Positions 58,060 to 64,000 of a stretch of DNA of 64,000 bases are shown here, piece by piece (positions within the stretch are counted from its first letter, which is position 1; every line of letters begins with the position of its first letter). The notes beneath the pieces are model-generated. The model ran no database searches, had not been told where the DNA came from, and saw only the letters and a program-made list of their open reading frames with translations. The translations under genes and the position numbers were made by a program. Source of the stretch: Eledone cirrhosa (lineage: Eukaryota); the NCBI GenBank assembly GCA_964016885.1, contig OZ024741.1:113150001-113214000 (forward strand), read 5' to 3'.

Positions 58060-58672
58060 CCATCATCATCTTCATTTAACATCTGCTCTCCCTGCATGCA
58101 AGGGATGAGTGGGTCTTCACAGACTGAATCACTACTAAAGTGGCTCTACTGACATCCCAGACAGGACAGGAATCCATATTCATGCTTACTTATGGTTCCA
58201 TGCTTTACTGCATGTATTTTATTGTGGTGCAAGCTCTAGTGGGGAGGTTGTCATGTTTTCACACAACTAAAGGGACCACCCAACCCTTTGTTTGGCAAGC
58301 TTTCTATAACTGGATTTCCTTCCTAGCACCAACCACTTGACAGCATATATTGGGTACATTTATCAAGGAAATGCACCCATCCCACTCTGTAAAGTGGTAG
58401 TGATGTTGCCTCAATGAAAAGCACACAGCCCAGTCTGTAAAGTAGTGCTGGTGCCACAATGTAAAGCACCTGGTGCACCCTGATACAATGCTCATGATAA
58501 ATTGCCTCCAGTCCACGTTGTGAAGCGCTCGGTATTAGGAAGGGCATCCAGCCATAGAAACAAAGCCAAAACAGCATACAAGCAGGATGTGATAACTTGA
58601 CCAGCAAGACCTGAGCACATGACACAACAACATCTCTAACCCATGTAAACATGAAAAATAGATGTTAAACAG

Positions 58673-58703
<31 letters not shown>
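58060..58703. mobile_element. Two degraded RTE-tail elements back to back (58060-58340 -, 58370-58703 +)
   Basis: (CAT)n at left, (GAT)n at right, TTAGGAAGGGCATCCAGCC tail motif. Confidence 0.6.
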
Positions 58704-59025
58704 ATACACACATACACACATATTTATTGACATATATATCAACTATGTATATATAGAAAGATAAATATGCATATTCTTTCACCACCATGCTGATAATTAT
58801 GATAATAGTTAAATAAATCTGAAAACTGCTCTTGGAATCAAACCTTGCCTCTCTCGTATGCCAGGCAAGCACATTACCAGCATATGACAAATGTGTAGTT
58901 CGATTCTGTGTAGGGATCTCTGTCCAATATTTTCCAATTTGTAGAACTATTATTTATAGTTTATCTGCATTGTGGAGATTATATTTCAACTTTGAAATTC
59001 TCCAGTAGTTTATAATTTGACTACA

Positions 59026-59071
<46 letters not shown>

Positions 59072-59276
59072 TATATATTTATATATATAGAGAGACAGAT
59101 ATATTCGATATGTCTCATATGAAATAATACACCCAATTTTCCACGCAATAATTTTAGTTAGCACCCCGAAGGCTTAATTAGGAATATAATCACTTATTTC
59201 CTAATGTTTGTTGAGTGAGTTGGAATTTGGCCGGAGTATTGCTAAAAAGCTTTCTCCGATATTGTTTTTATTTATA

Positions 59277-59576
<300 letters not shown>

Positions 59577-59666
59577 TACGGCTCTGTCCTCAGACATTGA
59601 GCTAACCTCATACTGCCTGCTGGATAAGTGGAGTGTTATACACCCCTGATCCTTTCCCTAGCATAC

Positions 59667-59811
<145 letters not shown>

Positions 59812-59814
59812 ATT

Positions 59815-59860
<46 letters not shown>

Positions 59861-59867
59861 TTATATA

Positions 59868-59912
<45 letters not shown>

Positions 59913-59957
59913 TTATATATATATGTATATATATATATATATATGTATATTTATATA

Positions 59958-60002
<45 letters not shown>

Positions 60003-60009
60003 TTATATA

Positions 60010-60175
<166 letters not shown>

Positions 60176-60179
60176 TATG

Positions 60180-60246
<67 letters not shown>

Positions 60247-60247
60247 G

Positions 60248-60302
<55 letters not shown>

Positions 60303-60359
60303 GTATATGTATATGTATATATATATATATTTATATATATATGTATATATATATATATT

Positions 60360-60394
<35 letters not shown>

Positions 60395-60489
60395 ATATAT
60401 ATATGTGTATATATATTTATATATATATGTATATATATTTATATATATGTATATATATTTATATATATATATATATATGTATATATATT

Positions 60490-60576
<87 letters not shown>

Positions 60577-60595
60577 TTATATATATATATATATA

Positions 60596-61125
60596 CGATA
60601 TTATATTTATAAAACCATATTTATTTCGTTATATATATTTCTGGGATATCATATTAAAAATATGGTATGCCTTCCTCAGACAAAATACAATACATAAGCT
60701 GTTTTATAAATAATTAGTGACATACCTTGTAATAATGCAACTTCCATTTAAAAAGTTGATTTGGTAGTGAAACTGTTATGACAGTTATATAGAAAGAAAA
60801 ACGAAGGTGAGAAGAAGAAGATGAAGAGATGTATGTAAATAAAAAAAAGAAGATGAAGAGATGTATGTAAAGAAAAACAACGGAGCGAGATAGAGAGACA
60901 AGGAGAGAGAGAAATACATTGAGGAGGTGAAAAAATATAGTAGGCTGCTTTTGGACAGATGATCATCGTATATGTGAGAGGTTAATGGAAGGGATACAGT
61001 TAAACTAGTGTATAGAAGAAAAAGAAAGAAAGATGATATATTTAAAATATATTAAAAATATATTATGTCTCATCCATTTGAATTATCAATTTTTATGAAT
61101 TAGGTATTATAATGTAAATATCAAA
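60596..61125 (-). mobile_element. PLE-like terminal repeat (family P4) with hammerhead 60623-60686
   Basis: Near-identical to 62040-62570. Confidence 0.8.
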
Positions 61126-61143
61126 CCTATATATATATGTATA

Positions 61144-61214
<71 letters not shown>

Positions 61215-61333
61215 TTATATATATATGTATATATATATATATATTTATATATATATGTATATATGTATATATATATATATATGTATATTTATATATATAT
61301 GTATATATATATATATATTTATATATATATGTA

Positions 61334-61384
<51 letters not shown>

Positions 61385-61530
61385 TTCGTTTCTGAATTTG
61401 TTTAGCAAGATTCTTTATCTGAAATCGTGTGTTGAAACCGATATTGTTATACTTTGGGAGGGTCATGTTGCCAATAACTGGTGCGTGTGTTTCTTATTGG
61501 CAACATGACCCTCCCAAAGTATAACAATAT
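61385..61530. mobile_element. Fold-back tip of Penelope P3
   Basis: ATATTGTTATACTTTGGGAGGGTCATGTTGCCAATAA / TTATTGGCAACATGACCCTCCCAAAGTATAACAATAT. Confidence 0.85.
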
Positions 61531-61585
61531 ATATATATATATTTATATATATATGTATATATATATATATATTTATATATATATG

Positions 61586-61620
<35 letters not shown>

Positions 61621-61655
61621 GTATATATATATATATTTATATATATATGTATATA

Positions 61656-61700
<45 letters not shown>

Positions 61701-61701
61701 G

Positions 61702-61736
<35 letters not shown>

Positions 61737-61825
61737 GTATATATATATATATTTATATATATATATATTTATGTGTATATATATTTATATATATATGTAT
61801 ATATATTTATATATATATGTATATA

Positions 61826-61884
<59 letters not shown>

Positions 61885-61907
61885 TTATATATATAAATAT
61901 ATATATA

Positions 61908-62010
<103 letters not shown>

Positions 62011-62039
62011 GTATATATATTTATATATATATATATATA

Positions 62040-64000
<1,961 letters not shown>

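Noticed and set aside
58820-58890. tRNA-like sequence on the minus strand
   Set aside because: Acceptor and anticodon stems imperfect; probably a decayed tRNA-derived SINE head

Overview
Eukaryotic, very AT-rich, microsatellite-saturated animal DNA. The SINE, RTE and (TA)n content resembles a coleoid cephalopod such as octopus (inference). Only one host-gene exon is recognisable: a type II membrane M1 aminopeptidase exon at 35701-36346 (+), so much of the window is probably intron. The rest is transposon-derived: several RTE-clade LINEs (one near full length, with an HDV-like ribozyme fold at its 5' end), a CR1/L2-group LINE, three non-autonomous Helitrons, a Tc1/mariner fragment, tRNA-derived SINEs and many Penelope-like element (PLE) pieces. 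The main signal is 21 type I hammerhead-ribozyme motifs from about 10 sequence families, all found by eye and none tested. Most lie in PLE pseudo-LTRs or in short solo fold-back palindromes embedded in (TA)n tracts, and several have non-canonical cores. Most long ORFs in the supplied track (YIYI..., HTHT..., MMMM...) are microsatellite artefacts.
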